DNA from: an uncultured Planctomycetales bacterium
Lineage (GTDB): Bacteria > Planctomycetota > Phycisphaerae > UBA1845 > CAIVHJ01
Direction: 5' to 3'
NCBI GenBank assembly: GCA_964619935.1
Contig: CAZUGO010000014.1
Coordinates: 51,169-115,168, forward strand
DNA: 64,000 bases
Part shown: positions 26,279 through 35,448 of the stretch, piece by piece
Numbering within the stretch: position 1 is the stretch's first letter
Layout: every line of letters starts with the position of its first letter
The notes under the pieces: model-generated
Seen by the model: the letters and a program-made list of their open reading frames with translations, nothing else
What the model was told of the DNA's origin: nothing
Databases searched by the model: none
Translations under genes and position numbers: made by a program

Positions 26279-27844
26279 ATGAAGATTGATGGCCTGAAAG
26301 TGTGTGTCTGTGTCTTGGCGTGCGTGGTGCTCGGCGGTTCCGGGTGCGTGGTCGGGCAACCGCCCGGCAAGGGCAAAATGTCGCGCCGGGTCGAAGCCAG
26401 GACCAAGGCTCGGTACTTCCTCTATTTGCCGGAGGATTACGTCAAGTCCGAGGGCAACCGTCCGGCGGATAAAAAGTGGCCGTTGGTGGTGACCTTCCAC
26501 GGAATGCGCCCCTGGGACAGCTCCGGGGCTCAGATTCGCGAGTGGCAGCAGGAGGCCGATCGCTATGGGTTCGTGGTCATCGCCCCCGTCACCCGGATAT
26601 CCGACCTGCTCGGCGAGATTCCGCTCCGGCGGGTCAGCAAGAGCCTGCAAAGCGATGAGATGGCTACCCTGGCCATCATGGACGAGGTGGTCGCCGATTA
26701 CGACGTCGATCCCAAGCAGGTGCTGAGCACCAGTTGGTCGATGGGGGGGTACCTGGCCCATTACATGGTCAACCGCCATCCGGACCGCTTCAGTTGCCTG
26801 GCGGTCCGCCAATCCAACTTCTCCGCGGACATCCTGGACCCGGCGACGGTGCCCAGGTACCGCGATGCCAAGATTGCCATCTTCTACACGCGCAACGACT
26901 TCGCGATTTGCCGGCGCGAATCGCAGCAGGCGGTGGCCTGGTATCAGCAGAACGGCTTTGACGTCACGACCGGGGTGGTCGAGCGGATGGGTCACGAACG
27001 GACTCCGGAGACCGCGGCGGCGATTTTTGCCAAATCCTGCGATGTCGAGCCCAAGACGCCGCCGGCACCGCTGTCGCGAATCAAGCTGACCTCGATTCCG
27101 GCGGACAAGGTGGCCGCGGCGGCGCCCAGGGTCAACCGGCAGCCGCGGCCTGAGCCAAAGCCGCAAACCCCTCCGCAGAGTGCCCAGCCGAGTCGGGCGC
27201 CCCGGCCAACCCGCAAATCGATCCCGCAACCCCAGCAGGATCGGCGGAACGCGAAGCGCCAGGTCCCAGCCCCGGTGCAAGCACCAACGGGTTCTGCTCC
27301 AACGACCCCGGTCCAGGCCAACGTGATGCCGGCGACCCCACCGGTCCAGGTGGCATCGCGGTCGACCCGGCCTCCGCTTACCGAGGCGGCGATGCGGCAG
27401 GGCATGGTTCCAAGCGACGGCCCGTCGAATTCCCCGCCCGCGCCCCGGCAGTCCCCGCCGTACGGCGCGCACGATCCTCGGGTGCCGGTGCGTGCCAAGG
27501 CGATGGTCTCCCCGGCGGACGCCCCAGGGCGGAAACCGCCGGAGCGGCAGCCCCAGGATCCAGCCGCCGCCCCGGCACTGAATATCCGGTTGAGCGCCTA
27601 CATCGGGATCAGCCCGATGCTGGTGAGTTACACCGTGCAGATGCCAGCGCACCTTCGCGACGGTGCCGACGTGTTGTGGATCGACAACGGGGAGCCGATG
27701 TCCCGCGGGATTTCAGGTCAGAAATCGCTCAACACCCCCGGGCAGCACAAGATCGAGGTCTTGGTGGTCGGAAAGGACAACCGCGAGTACCGCAGCAGCA
27801 AGACCGTCACCGTGCTGGAGAGGTTATCGTTGGACAATGACTGA
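26279..27844 (+). CDS. lipoprotein: alpha/beta-hydrolase (esterase/depolymerase-like) domain, Pro-rich linker, C-terminal Ig/PKD-like domain
   Basis: Internal ATG of ORF 26189..27844. MKIDGLKVCVCVLACVVLGGSGC is a lipobox. WPLVVTFHG and the nucleophile elbow WSMGG are present. A disordered P/Q/A-rich linker of about 150 aa precedes a beta-rich C-terminus. Confidence 0.7.
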   Translation: MKIDGLKVCVCVLACVVLGGSGCVVGQPPGKGKMSRRVEARTKARYFLYLPEDYVKSEGNRPADKKWPLVVTFHGMRPWDSSGAQIREWQQEADRYGFVVIAPVTRISDLLGEIPLRRVSKSLQSDEMATLAIMDEVVADYDVDPKQVLSTSWSMGGYLAHYMVNRHPDRFSCLAVRQSNFSADILDPATVPRYRDAKIAIFYTRNDFAICRRESQQAVAWYQQNGFDVTTGVVERMGHERTPETAAAIFAKSCDVEPKTPPAPLSRIKLTSIPADKVAAAAPRVNRQPRPEPKPQTPPQSAQPSRAPRPTRKSIPQPQQDRRNAKRQVPAPVQAPTGSAPTTPVQANVMPATPPVQVASRSTRPPLTEAAMRQGMVPSDGPSNSPPAPRQSPPYGAHDPRVPVRAKAMVSPADAPGRKPPERQPQDPAAAPALNIRLSAYIGISPMLVSYTVQMPAHLRDGADVLWIDNGEPMSRGISGQKSLNTPGQHKIEVLVVGKDNREYRSSKTVTVLERLSLDND

Positions 27845-28082
27845 TTGGGTTCGGCAAGCCCTGCGCGCCGCTTTGGTTGGCGGCGCCACCGTCGTCATCC
27901 GCATGTACCAGACGGCCGTCCGCCCGCTGCTCATCGGATCCTGCAAGTTCTGCCCGAGTTGCAGCGACTACTCGTTACAAGCCATTCAGCGGCACGGCTT
28001 GCGGCGGGGGATCGGTCTGACGGTTCGACGGATTGCTCGCTGCCATCCGTTCGGTCCCGGCGGGATTGACCCGGTCCCGTGA
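27837..28082 (+). CDS. yidD: membrane protein insertion efficiency factor YidD
   Basis: Internal ATG of ORF 27663..28082. IRMYQTAVRPLLIGSCKFCPSCSDYSLQAIQRHG...RCHPFGPGGIDPVP is the YidD signature. It overlaps the upstream stop by 8 nt. Confidence 0.85.
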   Translation: MTDWVRQALRAALVGGATVVIRMYQTAVRPLLIGSCKFCPSCSDYSLQAIQRHGLRRGIGLTVRRIARCHPFGPGGIDPVP

Positions 28083-28189
28083 CCGCAGCAATCCGGCAAC
28101 CGATCCGGACCGGGCTGATCCAGCAGCGACCGCCACACGGTCCTGAGCTGGCCGCGCCGGAATCGCTGCACGACTCCGCCGCCCCGCGG

Positions 28190-28870
28190 CTAGCGGCCGA
28201 GCATGCCCCGCGAACGTTTGGGTCGCGGCTCATCCTCGCCAGACTCGGAGTCATCGAGATCCTTCTTCTGACCGGCGCCTTTGCGGGTGTAGTGGGTGGT
28301 CAGAGCCAGCTCGTAGGCGTTCGGCCCGGTCTGGAACTCCATGGTGAACACCAAGTGATCGTCGTCCTCGATGCGGTAGGTGTGCCGCTCGGACATGGTC
28401 CCGCTGGTGGCGTCTGAACTCTCTGCACGTGAGAAGACGAAGCTCTTGTCGCGGCCCTGATATTGCCCGATGAAGCGATAGGCGTGGCCGTAGTTGTCGA
28501 ACCAGAAGTAGGCGTACTGGTCGTTGGCGGCGTCGTAGGTCCAGACCGCGTGTGCGCTGACGTCGGTGTCCATGGTCTTGGACCGACTGCGGTAGTCACC
28601 GATCAGGGCGGTGCCTTCGAGGGCCTGTTTCAAGACCGCTTCCCCTTTGCCGGTCGCTCCTTGGGGCAGGCCTTCGCTGGCTGGGTACTCTTCCTCGATC
28701 TTCCACTTGCCGGCGAGCTTGAACAGCAATTCGAGCTTGTCGGCACCGCCGTCGGCGGCGCGACCGGGCGCCGCGGAGCGCGTGCCCAGCGGCGCCGGGA
28801 CGCTCTGGGCATCGGCCACAGCAAGCGGCAGCAGGACCATCACGGCGGGCAGCAGTTTCAGTGGATTCAT
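28190..28870 (-). CDS. secreted DUF1579-family protein
   Basis: Signal peptide MNPLKLLPAVMVLLPLAVADA. The core LAGKWKIEEEY...WTYDAANDQYAYFWFDNYG fits DUF1579. The tail is acidic/basic. Confidence 0.65.
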   Translation of the reverse strand: MNPLKLLPAVMVLLPLAVADAQSVPAPLGTRSAAPGRAADGGADKLELLFKLAGKWKIEEEYPASEGLPQGATGKGEAVLKQALEGTALIGDYRSRSKTMDTDVSAHAVWTYDAANDQYAYFWFDNYGHAYRFIGQYQGRDKSFVFSRAESSDATSGTMSERHTYRIEDDDHLVFTMEFQTGPNAYELALTTHYTRKGAGQKKDLDDSESGEDEPRPKRSRGMLGR

Positions 28871-28928
28871 GAGCAGCCTCCTGACCTGGCCATTGGGCGG
28901 CAGGGTGGGTCTTCAGTCCCACGTGACG

Positions 28929-29540
28929 CTACCCGCGAGCTTTCTTGAAGTTCTGGTCGACCTGCTTCCAGTTGATGACATTCCAGAAGGCCGCGACATA
29001 GTCCGGGCGGCGATTCTGATAATGCAGGTAGTAGGCATGTTCCCAGACGTCCAGGCCGAGAATCGGGATCAGGCCTTCCATCAGCGGGGAGTCCTGATTG
29101 GGGGTGCTCAGGACCTGGAGCTGGCCGCCCTTGAATGCCAGCCAAGCCCAGCCGGACCCGAAACGGGTGGCCGCGGCATTGGAAAATTTCTCCTTGAACG
29201 GGTCGAAACCACCGAAGGCATCGCCGATGGCGGTCTCCAGGTCACCGTGCGGCTGACCGCCGCCGCCCGGGGTCATGATCGTCCAAAAGAGTGAGTGGTT
29301 GGCATGACCGCCACCGTTGTTGATCACCGCCTGCCGGATGGCGTCGGGGACGGCGCCGACGTCGCGCAACAGGTCGGTGACCGACTTGGCGGCCAGAGCC
29401 GCGTGACCCTCCAGGGCCTTGTTCAGGTTGTTCACGTAGCCCTGGTGGTGTTTGCCGTGATGGATCTCCATGGTCCGGGCGTCGATGTGGGGTTCCAGGG
29501 CCTTAGGGGAGTAGGGCAGATCGGGTAGCGTGTGGGCCAT
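28929..29540 (-). CDS. sodA: superoxide dismutase (Mn-type signature)
   Basis: ORF 28929..29597, start trimmed to [10 protein letters not shown]. Motifs [23 protein letters not shown] and [18 protein letters not shown]. Confidence 0.92.
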   Translation of the reverse strand: MAHTLPDLPYSPKALEPHIDARTMEIHHGKHHQGYVNNLNKALEGHAALAAKSVTDLLRDVGAVPDAIRQAVINNGGGHANHSLFWTIMTPGGGGQPHGDLETAIGDAFGGFDPFKEKFSNAAATRFGSGWAWLAFKGGQLQVLSTPNQDSPLMEGLIPILGLDVWEHAYYLHYQNRRPDYVAAFWNVINWKQVDQNFKKARG

Positions 29541-29692
29541 GATGTCGAACTCCTGTGAGATCTTTCGTTGTGCTGCTGAACCGGACCGCCGATACAATAT
29601 TCATGACAATATCAGGCCGGTCAAACAGGGTCAAGGTGGGCCGCCCCGAGCCGCTGCCTGCCGAAGCCCTGCACCCGTGGGATGGAGGGCGG

Positions 29693-31279
29693 ATGGGGCG
29701 CAGCTACCAGCACAAGATCGTCAGCCGCGCCGGCTTGCAAGACGTGGTGTCCGGCGCCCGCAGCGCCGGCCGCAGTATCGTCTTGTGCCACGGTTGTTTT
29801 GACATTGTCCATCCCGGTCACATCCGCTACCTCGAGTTCGCCCGCAAGCACGGTGACATGCTCGTGGTGTCGATCACCTCCGATGCGACCATCGACAAAG
29901 CGATCGATCGTCCGTACATCCCAGAGGAACTCCGTGCCGAGAGCCTCGCCGCCCTGGAGTTCGTGGACATCGTGTACATCGATCCCCATGAGTCTGCGTG
30001 CGATGTTCTGGAAACGGTCAAGCCGGAGGTGTACGTCAAAGGCGACGAGTATCAGGTCTCCCAGGATCCGCGGTTTCTCAGCGAGCAGCAGGTCGTGGAA
30101 CGTAATGGCGGCAAGGTCATCTACTCCAGCGGTGACGTCCGCTTCAGTTCCACCGAGCTGATCGAGCGCCTCGGGCGGGACACCGACCTGGAATTGCGCC
30201 GTTTGGGGTACGTCTGCCAGCGCCATCAGATCAACCACGGAACGCTCGGGGCCGTCCTGAATCGTTTTGCCGGTCGGCGGGTGGTGGTCGTGGGGGATGT
30301 TCTGCTGGATCGTTACCTGTTTTGTGACGCCGTCGATGTTGCCCGCGAATCGCCGATGATGTCGCTTCGCGAGCTGGACGAGCGGACCTACCTCGGCGGA
30401 GCGGCGGTGGTCGCCCGCCATCTGGCCGGGTTGGGCGCCACCGTCGAAGTGGTCAGCAGTTTCGGTCGTGACGCCGTGTCGGACTGGGTCCGGTCGGAAT
30501 TGCAGTCCGACGGCGTGGTCACCCACTCCCTGCTCGAACGCCGGGGGTTGGTGGTCAAGACCCGCTATCTGGTGGAAGATCACAAGGTGCTCAAGGTCGA
30601 GCGCGGCGAGCATTGCCCGCTGGACACCCGGGCGGTTCGCCAGGCCGGTGCCGTGCTCCTGGGGGCGGCCACCGATGCCGGGGCGGTGGTGTTCTGCGAC
30701 TTCGGTTACGGGGTGATTACCGAGCGGTTGCTGTCGTGCTGGCTGTCGGAGATCCGCCGCCGGGCCGACGTCATCACCGCGGACGTCAGCGGGAACCGCG
30801 GCACCCTGTTGAGTTTCAGCGATGTCGACCTGTTCTCCCCAACCGAGCGCGAACTGCGTTCAACGCTGCACGATTATGACCAGGGTCTCTCGAGCGTGGC
30901 CTGGCGGTTGATGGGCGCCACCCGCGTGCGTCATTTGATTGCCACGCTCGGCCGTCGGGGCCTGGTGGCGTTTGATCGACCGGTTCAGGATCCAGCGTCG
31001 GCAGACTTTTCGGCCCGGCTGCGCAGCGAGTACCTGCAAGCCCTGAACGCCCGGGCCAGCGATGCGCTGGGTTGCGGCGATGCCCTGCTGGCGGGCTGCT
31101 CACTGGCCCTGTGCTGCGGGGCGTCGTTTGTGCAGGCGGCCTACATCGGCAACGTCATGGCCGCCGCCGAAGCCGCCGAGATCGGCAACATTCCGGTGAC
31201 CCTACGGCTGTTGCGCCGTTGGCTGGACGGCCGGCCCGAATTGCAGGCCACCCTGCCGGCCGCCGTCAAGGTGTCATGA
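29693..31279 (+). CDS. hldE: bifunctional heptose-phosphate adenylyltransferase / sugar kinase (HldE/RfaE-like, reversed domain order)
   Basis: ORF 29555..31279. I propose the MGRSYQHK start, but this is uncertain. N-terminal cytidylyltransferase motif VLCHGCFDIVHPGHIRYLEFARKHGDMLVV. C-terminal PfkB kinase: VVVVGDVLLDRYLF...GGAAVVARHLAGLGA ... GCGDALLAG. Confidence 0.8.
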   Translation: MGRSYQHKIVSRAGLQDVVSGARSAGRSIVLCHGCFDIVHPGHIRYLEFARKHGDMLVVSITSDATIDKAIDRPYIPEELRAESLAALEFVDIVYIDPHESACDVLETVKPEVYVKGDEYQVSQDPRFLSEQQVVERNGGKVIYSSGDVRFSSTELIERLGRDTDLELRRLGYVCQRHQINHGTLGAVLNRFAGRRVVVVGDVLLDRYLFCDAVDVARESPMMSLRELDERTYLGGAAVVARHLAGLGATVEVVSSFGRDAVSDWVRSELQSDGVVTHSLLERRGLVVKTRYLVEDHKVLKVERGEHCPLDTRAVRQAGAVLLGAATDAGAVVFCDFGYGVITERLLSCWLSEIRRRADVITADVSGNRGTLLSFSDVDLFSPTERELRSTLHDYDQGLSSVAWRLMGATRVRHLIATLGRRGLVAFDRPVQDPASADFSARLRSEYLQALNARASDALGCGDALLAGCSLALCCGASFVQAAYIGNVMAAAEAAEIGNIPVTLRLLRRWLDGRPELQATLPAAVKVS

Positions 31280-32038
31280 GCCCGCTGCCGCCAGCCCGCC
31301 GAATAGGGCGCTGCCGATGCGGACCATGGTGGCACCTTCCTCCACCGCCACCGCGTAATCATGGGTCATGCCCATAGAGAGTTCGCAGCAGGTCTCGGGC
31401 ACCCGTTCCGCGGTGCGCAGTTCCTCGAAGATGTCCTTGAGGCGGGCGAACACCGGGCGGGCCTGCTCGGGATCGTCGACCAAGGGCGCCATGCCCATCA
31501 AACCCACCAGCCGCAGGTGCTGCAGGCGGCGCATCTGGTCGACCAACACGTCCACCGCTCCCACGGCGACGCCGTGCTTGTTGCGGTCATCGGCGACATT
31601 GACCTGCAGCAGCACATCGATCGGCCGCCCGCGGCGCTCGGCTTCGCCGTCGAGATCTTCGGCCAAGCGCAGGGAGTCGAGCGAGTGGATGCAGTCGCAC
31701 CATTCCAGGGCGGGCTTGATCTTGTTGCGCTGCAGATGGCCGACCAGGTGCCAGCGCGGTGCCGGCAGAAGGCCGCCGTCCTCCAGCAGGCGCTGGCGGC
31801 GAATGGCCTCCTGGATCATGGAGGCCCGCTGGGTCAGCGCTTGCACGCGGCTTTCGCCCAGATCGGTGAGTCCCGCTTCCAGGGTCAGCCGGATCAGGTT
31901 GACATCGACACCCTTGGTCACGGCCACCAGCCGAACGGATTGCGGTTCGCGACCGGCGCGTGCGCAGGACTCGTCGATCTGCGTGCGGACCCGCTGGATG
32001 TTGTCCTGCAGGCGGCGTTGCGTTGCCGAGGCGGTCAT
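31274..32038 (-). CDS. yggS: YggS-family pyridoxal-phosphate homeostasis protein
   Basis: VRLVAVTKGV (PLP lysine), WHLVGHLQRNK and LSMGMTHDY. Confidence 0.9.
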   Translation of the reverse strand: MTASATQRRLQDNIQRVRTQIDESCARAGREPQSVRLVAVTKGVDVNLIRLTLEAGLTDLGESRVQALTQRASMIQEAIRRQRLLEDGGLLPAPRWHLVGHLQRNKIKPALEWCDCIHSLDSLRLAEDLDGEAERRGRPIDVLLQVNVADDRNKHGVAVGAVDVLVDQMRRLQHLRLVGLMGMAPLVDDPEQARPVFARLKDIFEELRTAERVPETCCELSMGMTHDYAVAVEEGATMVRIGSALFGGLAAAGS

Positions 32039-32101
32039 GGTCGGTCAGCCTCACCAGCCGATTGACTCCGGCGGGTTCATTTGGAATGATGCAGTTGCGT
32101 C

Positions 32102-32716
32102 ATGATCCTGGAAGACATTATCTACAGCCTGCCGGCCGAGCCAAGCGTAATCTGCGTTCAGGAACTCTTCGGCAACAGCGCGGCCCTGGAGCTGGAAATC
32201 GGTACCGGAAAGGGCGGCTTCCTGTTGCAGCGTGCCCAGGCGCATCCGGAGCGCAATTTTCTGGGCATCGAGTGGGCCAACCAATACTTCCGCGCGGCCG
32301 CCGATCGCATGGCCCGCTGGGGGGTCCAGAACGTGCGGCTGGTCCGGGCGGATGCCAAGGGGGTGGTTTGTCGCTGCCTGGCGGAGGCCTCGCTCAGCGC
32401 CCTGCACGTCTATCACCCCGATCCTTGGCCGAAGAAGCGGCACCACAAGCGGCGGCTGTTCGACGCGGGGTTTGTCGATGCCGCCGTCGCCGCCCTTGCC
32501 GATGGGGCCCGGTGGTCGATCCAGACCGACCATCGGGAGTACTATGAGGTCATCCACGAATTGCTGCGGACCCGCGGGGCGCTTGAGGAGACACTGCGCG
32601 CCTGTGACAATGGTACCGGCGGGCCGCAAACCGTGGAGACCAATTATCAGATCAAGTACCGCCGGGCGGGACGCCCGATACACCGGTTGGACTATCGCCG
32701 CCGGCCGCGCCGGTAG
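32102..32716 (+). CDS. trmB: tRNA (guanine46-N7)-methyltransferase
   Basis: LELEIGTGKGGFL (SAM-binding) and HPDPWPKKRHHKRRL. Confidence 0.9.
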   Translation: MILEDIIYSLPAEPSVICVQELFGNSAALELEIGTGKGGFLLQRAQAHPERNFLGIEWANQYFRAAADRMARWGVQNVRLVRADAKGVVCRCLAEASLSALHVYHPDPWPKKRHHKRRLFDAGFVDAAVAALADGARWSIQTDHREYYEVIHELLRTRGALEETLRACDNGTGGPQTVETNYQIKYRRAGRPIHRLDYRRRPRR

Positions 32717-32762
32717 TCCGGCGGCGGGCGGACCGGGCCTTCGGCGGTCCACCGCGGGCCGG

Positions 32763-34190
32763 GTGCTGGGGACTGCGGCGCTGCTTGTGAGCTGGGGGTG
32801 CGGCGCGCAAATCTGTCCGGATCGCCTGCCGCAGCAGTATCAGATGGCCCCCGATGGTCGGGCGGTGGCATATGTCGACCCCGAGATCTTCGCCGCGGTG
32901 TTGGAATGGATGGAGTTGGAGCAGATCGATCCCAACACCAGTTTCGATTGCCTGGTCGATTTCTTTACTGCCCGGTTCGTGAACGACGTCGACATGATCT
33001 TGGTGGTCTTGGATCTGTCGCGTGCCGAGTTCCTGGAGCGCAGTCGCCGCAAGGTGATCTCCAATTTCACAGTGGTCCAACGGCAGTTCGAGGGCGGCAT
33101 CGGGGTGCTGCCGGTTGCGGTGACGCCGCCGATCGGCCCGCCGCGCCTGCGCAGCTACAGCCTGTTGGGTATTCGAGACGGACTGCTGGCGGGGCCGTCC
33201 CTGCATGAGATCGCCCACTCCTGGTGCGCGTACCTCGCCGGTCCGCCGGCGCTGGCGGCCCAACTGCAGCGTGCCCCGCAGAACCATTGGGGGTTCACCT
33301 CTGTCGGCGGCGTGTTGGGCGGCTGGGATCCGCAGCAATTGGAGCCGCTTGGCGAGGGGCGCTACCGGGTCTGCGGCCCGTCCCTGTTCGAGCGTTTTGC
33401 CCCGCAAGGGTATGCGAACAACAACATTCCGTATGCGCCCCTGGAGCTGTACCTGATGGGGCTGCTGCCGGCGGCAGCGGTTCCAAACATTCGCGTGGCC
33501 GTCGACCCGCAGCCGCTGGAGGTGGATGGCGGCTGCGCCGTGTTCTCGGCTCCGGCCCTGCTGACCGTCACCCTGGACGACATCGTTGCCGCCAACGGGC
33601 CGCGTTCGCCGGCGGTTGAGGATTCGCAGAAGGACTTCGACGTGGCCCTGGTTATCCTCGCCGAGCAGCCGCTGACTGAGGTTCGCTGGGAATACTATAT
33701 CGAAGCCATGGGCTGTCTGGAGTCCACCACGCCCTGCCCGACCCTGGCCGGCGGCACGGGCTCCGGCGGTGAGTCGTTCTTGTTCCTGCCGATGTCCTTT
33801 TTTGAGGCCACCGGCGGGCGAGCGTCGCTGCGCTTCAGCACGCTGGGCGAGGGTGGCTCAGGCGAACAATCGGTAGACGATCCAGAGCACCAGGGCGACG
33901 GCCCACATGCCGCCGACGATGGTGACCCACAGCACGGCGCTGGACTTGGCGATGTCTTGCACGTCGGGGGCCTTGATGGTGCGGTATACCACGCTGATGC
34001 TCAGGCAAATGGGCAAGAGCAGCAGCGCGCGTTGCACTCCGGTCAATGGGATTGGATCCAGGAACAGGACGGCCAGTTCAGCCACGGCGCTTCCCTCGCG
34101 GGTCTGGCGGTCCGGTCGACCCCCGGCCGCCGGAGGGCGATCGTGCGGCGGCCGGCAGTCCCTCGGCGCGGGCCAGGGCGTCCAGGATGA
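32763..34190 (+). CDS. hypothetical exported protein with HExxH zinc-metallopeptidase motif
   Basis: Frame of ORF 32232..34190. The 5' part overlaps trmB, so I propose the GTG at 32763 (VLGTAALLVSWGC, signal-like) or the ATG at 32844. It contains SLHEIAHSW. There is no in-frame stop until 34190, which gives a 333-nt convergent overlap with two minus-strand genes. Confidence 0.45.
   Translation: MLGTAALLVSWGCGAQICPDRLPQQYQMAPDGRAVAYVDPEIFAAVLEWMELEQIDPNTSFDCLVDFFTARFVNDVDMILVVLDLSRAEFLERSRRKVISNFTVVQRQFEGGIGVLPVAVTPPIGPPRLRSYSLLGIRDGLLAGPSLHEIAHSWCAYLAGPPALAAQLQRAPQNHWGFTSVGGVLGGWDPQQLEPLGEGRYRVCGPSLFERFAPQGYANNNIPYAPLELYLMGLLPAAAVPNIRVAVDPQPLEVDGGCAVFSAPALLTVTLDDIVAANGPRSPAVEDSQKDFDVALVILAEQPLTEVRWEYYIEAMGCLESTTPCPTLAGGTGSGGESFLFLPMSFFEATGGRASLRFSTLGEGGSGEQSVDDPEHQGDGPHAADDGDPQHGAGLGDVLHVGGLDGAVYHADAQANGQEQQRALHSGQWDWIQEQDGQFSHGASLAGLAVRSTPGRRRAIVRRPAVPRRGPGRPG
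33858..34085 (-). CDS. small two-TM membrane protein
   Basis: 75 aa with two clear hydrophobic helices (LLLLPICLSISVVY, VLWVTIVGGMWAVALVLWIVY). High GC3. Its start overlaps the upstream stop by 8 nt. Confidence 0.6.
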   Translation of the reverse strand: MAELAVLFLDPIPLTGVQRALLLLPICLSISVVYRTIKAPDVQDIAKSSAVLWVTIVGGMWAVALVLWIVYRLFA

Positions 34191-34578
34191 TCAGCAGATT
34201 CAGGAGACCGGCCACTCCGGTGTACACGCTGGCGACGTCTCCCGAAGGCCAGGACAGGTAGTCTGCACGCGGGCTCTTGCTCACCGCATAACAGGTGATC
34301 GCGAAACTGCCGTTGAACACCTGGGCCAAGAACCACCAGGACTGGCCGGTCTCCATCTGCTGGGTCCCGGGCGACGGCTTGGGTGCCGGCTGCAGGCTCA
34401 CGCTGCGCACGCCTCCGATGGCCACCCCGGTCCAGAAGGTCAGTGTGATGGCCACCAGGAAGATAATGCCGCGGGTCTTGTGTCCCAAGAACAGATGGCC
34501 CAGCCCGGGAACCAGCCAGGCCAGCACAACCGCGATGGGTGCTCTGAACAGGCCGCCGTCGGTGCGTGTGTCACTCAT
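34078..34578 (-). CDS. membrane protein (LVPGLGHLFLG motif family)
   Basis: 166 aa with about 4 TM helices. N-terminal APIAVVLAWLVPGLGHLFLGHKTRG. Positioned between the FmdB-like gene and the small membrane gene. Confidence 0.6.
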   Translation of the reverse strand: MSDTRTDGGLFRAPIAVVLAWLVPGLGHLFLGHKTRGIIFLVAITLTFWTGVAIGGVRSVSLQPAPKPSPGTQQMETGQSWWFLAQVFNGSFAITCYAVSKSPRADYLSWPSGDVASVYTGVAGLLNLLIILDALARAEGLPAAARSPSGGRGSTGPPDPRGKRRG

Positions 34579-34587
34579 GAGGCCCGC

Positions 34588-34821
34588 TCAGTCTGCCAGG
34601 CCACAGGGCCCGGCCGGATCGCCACAGCGCCCACATCCGCCTGGAGCCTGGCTCCGCGGCGCGGCAGTCACCGTTTGGGTGGTGTTGAACACGCTGATCA
34701 GCCGCCGCGCGTCGCGGCCGCCGCACTGTGGGCAGACGTTGCGATCGGTGGGGGTCATGGTTCGCACCAACTCCTCGAAGCGCGCCTGGCAATCAGCGCA
34801 ACGGTATTCGTAAATCGGCAT
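34588..34821 (-). CDS. FmdB-family zinc-ribbon protein
   Basis: ORF 34588..34857, start trimmed to MPIYEYRCADCQARFEEL...CPQCGG (CxxC...CxxC). Confidence 0.8.
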   Translation of the reverse strand: MPIYEYRCADCQARFEELVRTMTPTDRNVCPQCGGRDARRLISVFNTTQTVTAAPRSQAPGGCGRCGDPAGPCGLAD

Positions 34822-34986
34822 GGTTGAGGTGTCCTTCGAGTTTCGGTTCCCGGGCAATCATAGCGCCTAATCGCCGGGGTTGCAACCGATGTTCCAGAAA
34901 GGAAATACGGTTGAAAACGGGAGATGGTTGAGCTATCTTCCGGGGCGTTTGTGGCGAACTGGACCCCTTCATCACAGGAGTATGAC

Positions 34987-35382
34987 ATGGGTAGCAGAGT
35001 TCGATGGATGGCCTTGTGCAGCTTGGTGCTCCCGGCCGGATGTGCCTCGATCCAGGGAAAATGGCAATCTGTGGCGGTAGATCCGGCAGACTCGGTCCGC
35101 AACTTCAGTCTCGGCGATGCCACCTTCAATAAAGATGGTACCTACGAGGCCAAGATGATCTATGATGGCAAGGAGCGCACCTCCACCGGCACTTACAAGT
35201 ACGCCTGGAACCACCTGACCTTGATGCCCGATCACGGCGAGCGGCGGATGTACGAGGCCCACGTGGATCGCAACGGCAGGCTGATGCTGGAGTACGACCA
35301 CGGTGATCACGAGTACGAAATGGCGATGAAGAAGGTGGGCTGCTGTCAGGATTGCAGCAAGCCTTGCTGCTGCAAGAAATGA
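34987..35382 (+). CDS. lipoprotein (lipocalin-like) with extremely Cys-rich C-terminal tail
   Basis: Internal ATG of ORF 34924..35382. MGSRVRWMALCSLVLPAGC is a lipobox. GKWQSV...GTYKY suggests a lipocalin-like beta core. The C-terminus is GCCQDCSKPCCCKK. Confidence 0.65.
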   Translation: MGSRVRWMALCSLVLPAGCASIQGKWQSVAVDPADSVRNFSLGDATFNKDGTYEAKMIYDGKERTSTGTYKYAWNHLTLMPDHGERRMYEAHVDRNGRLMLEYDHGDHEYEMAMKKVGCCQDCSKPCCCKK

Positions 35383-35448
35383 GCGGTGGCGCCGCCCAAC
35401 GGCTCAATTCAGCGGGCGCCCTCAGCGCCTGCTTCTTGTTCGTTGGGG

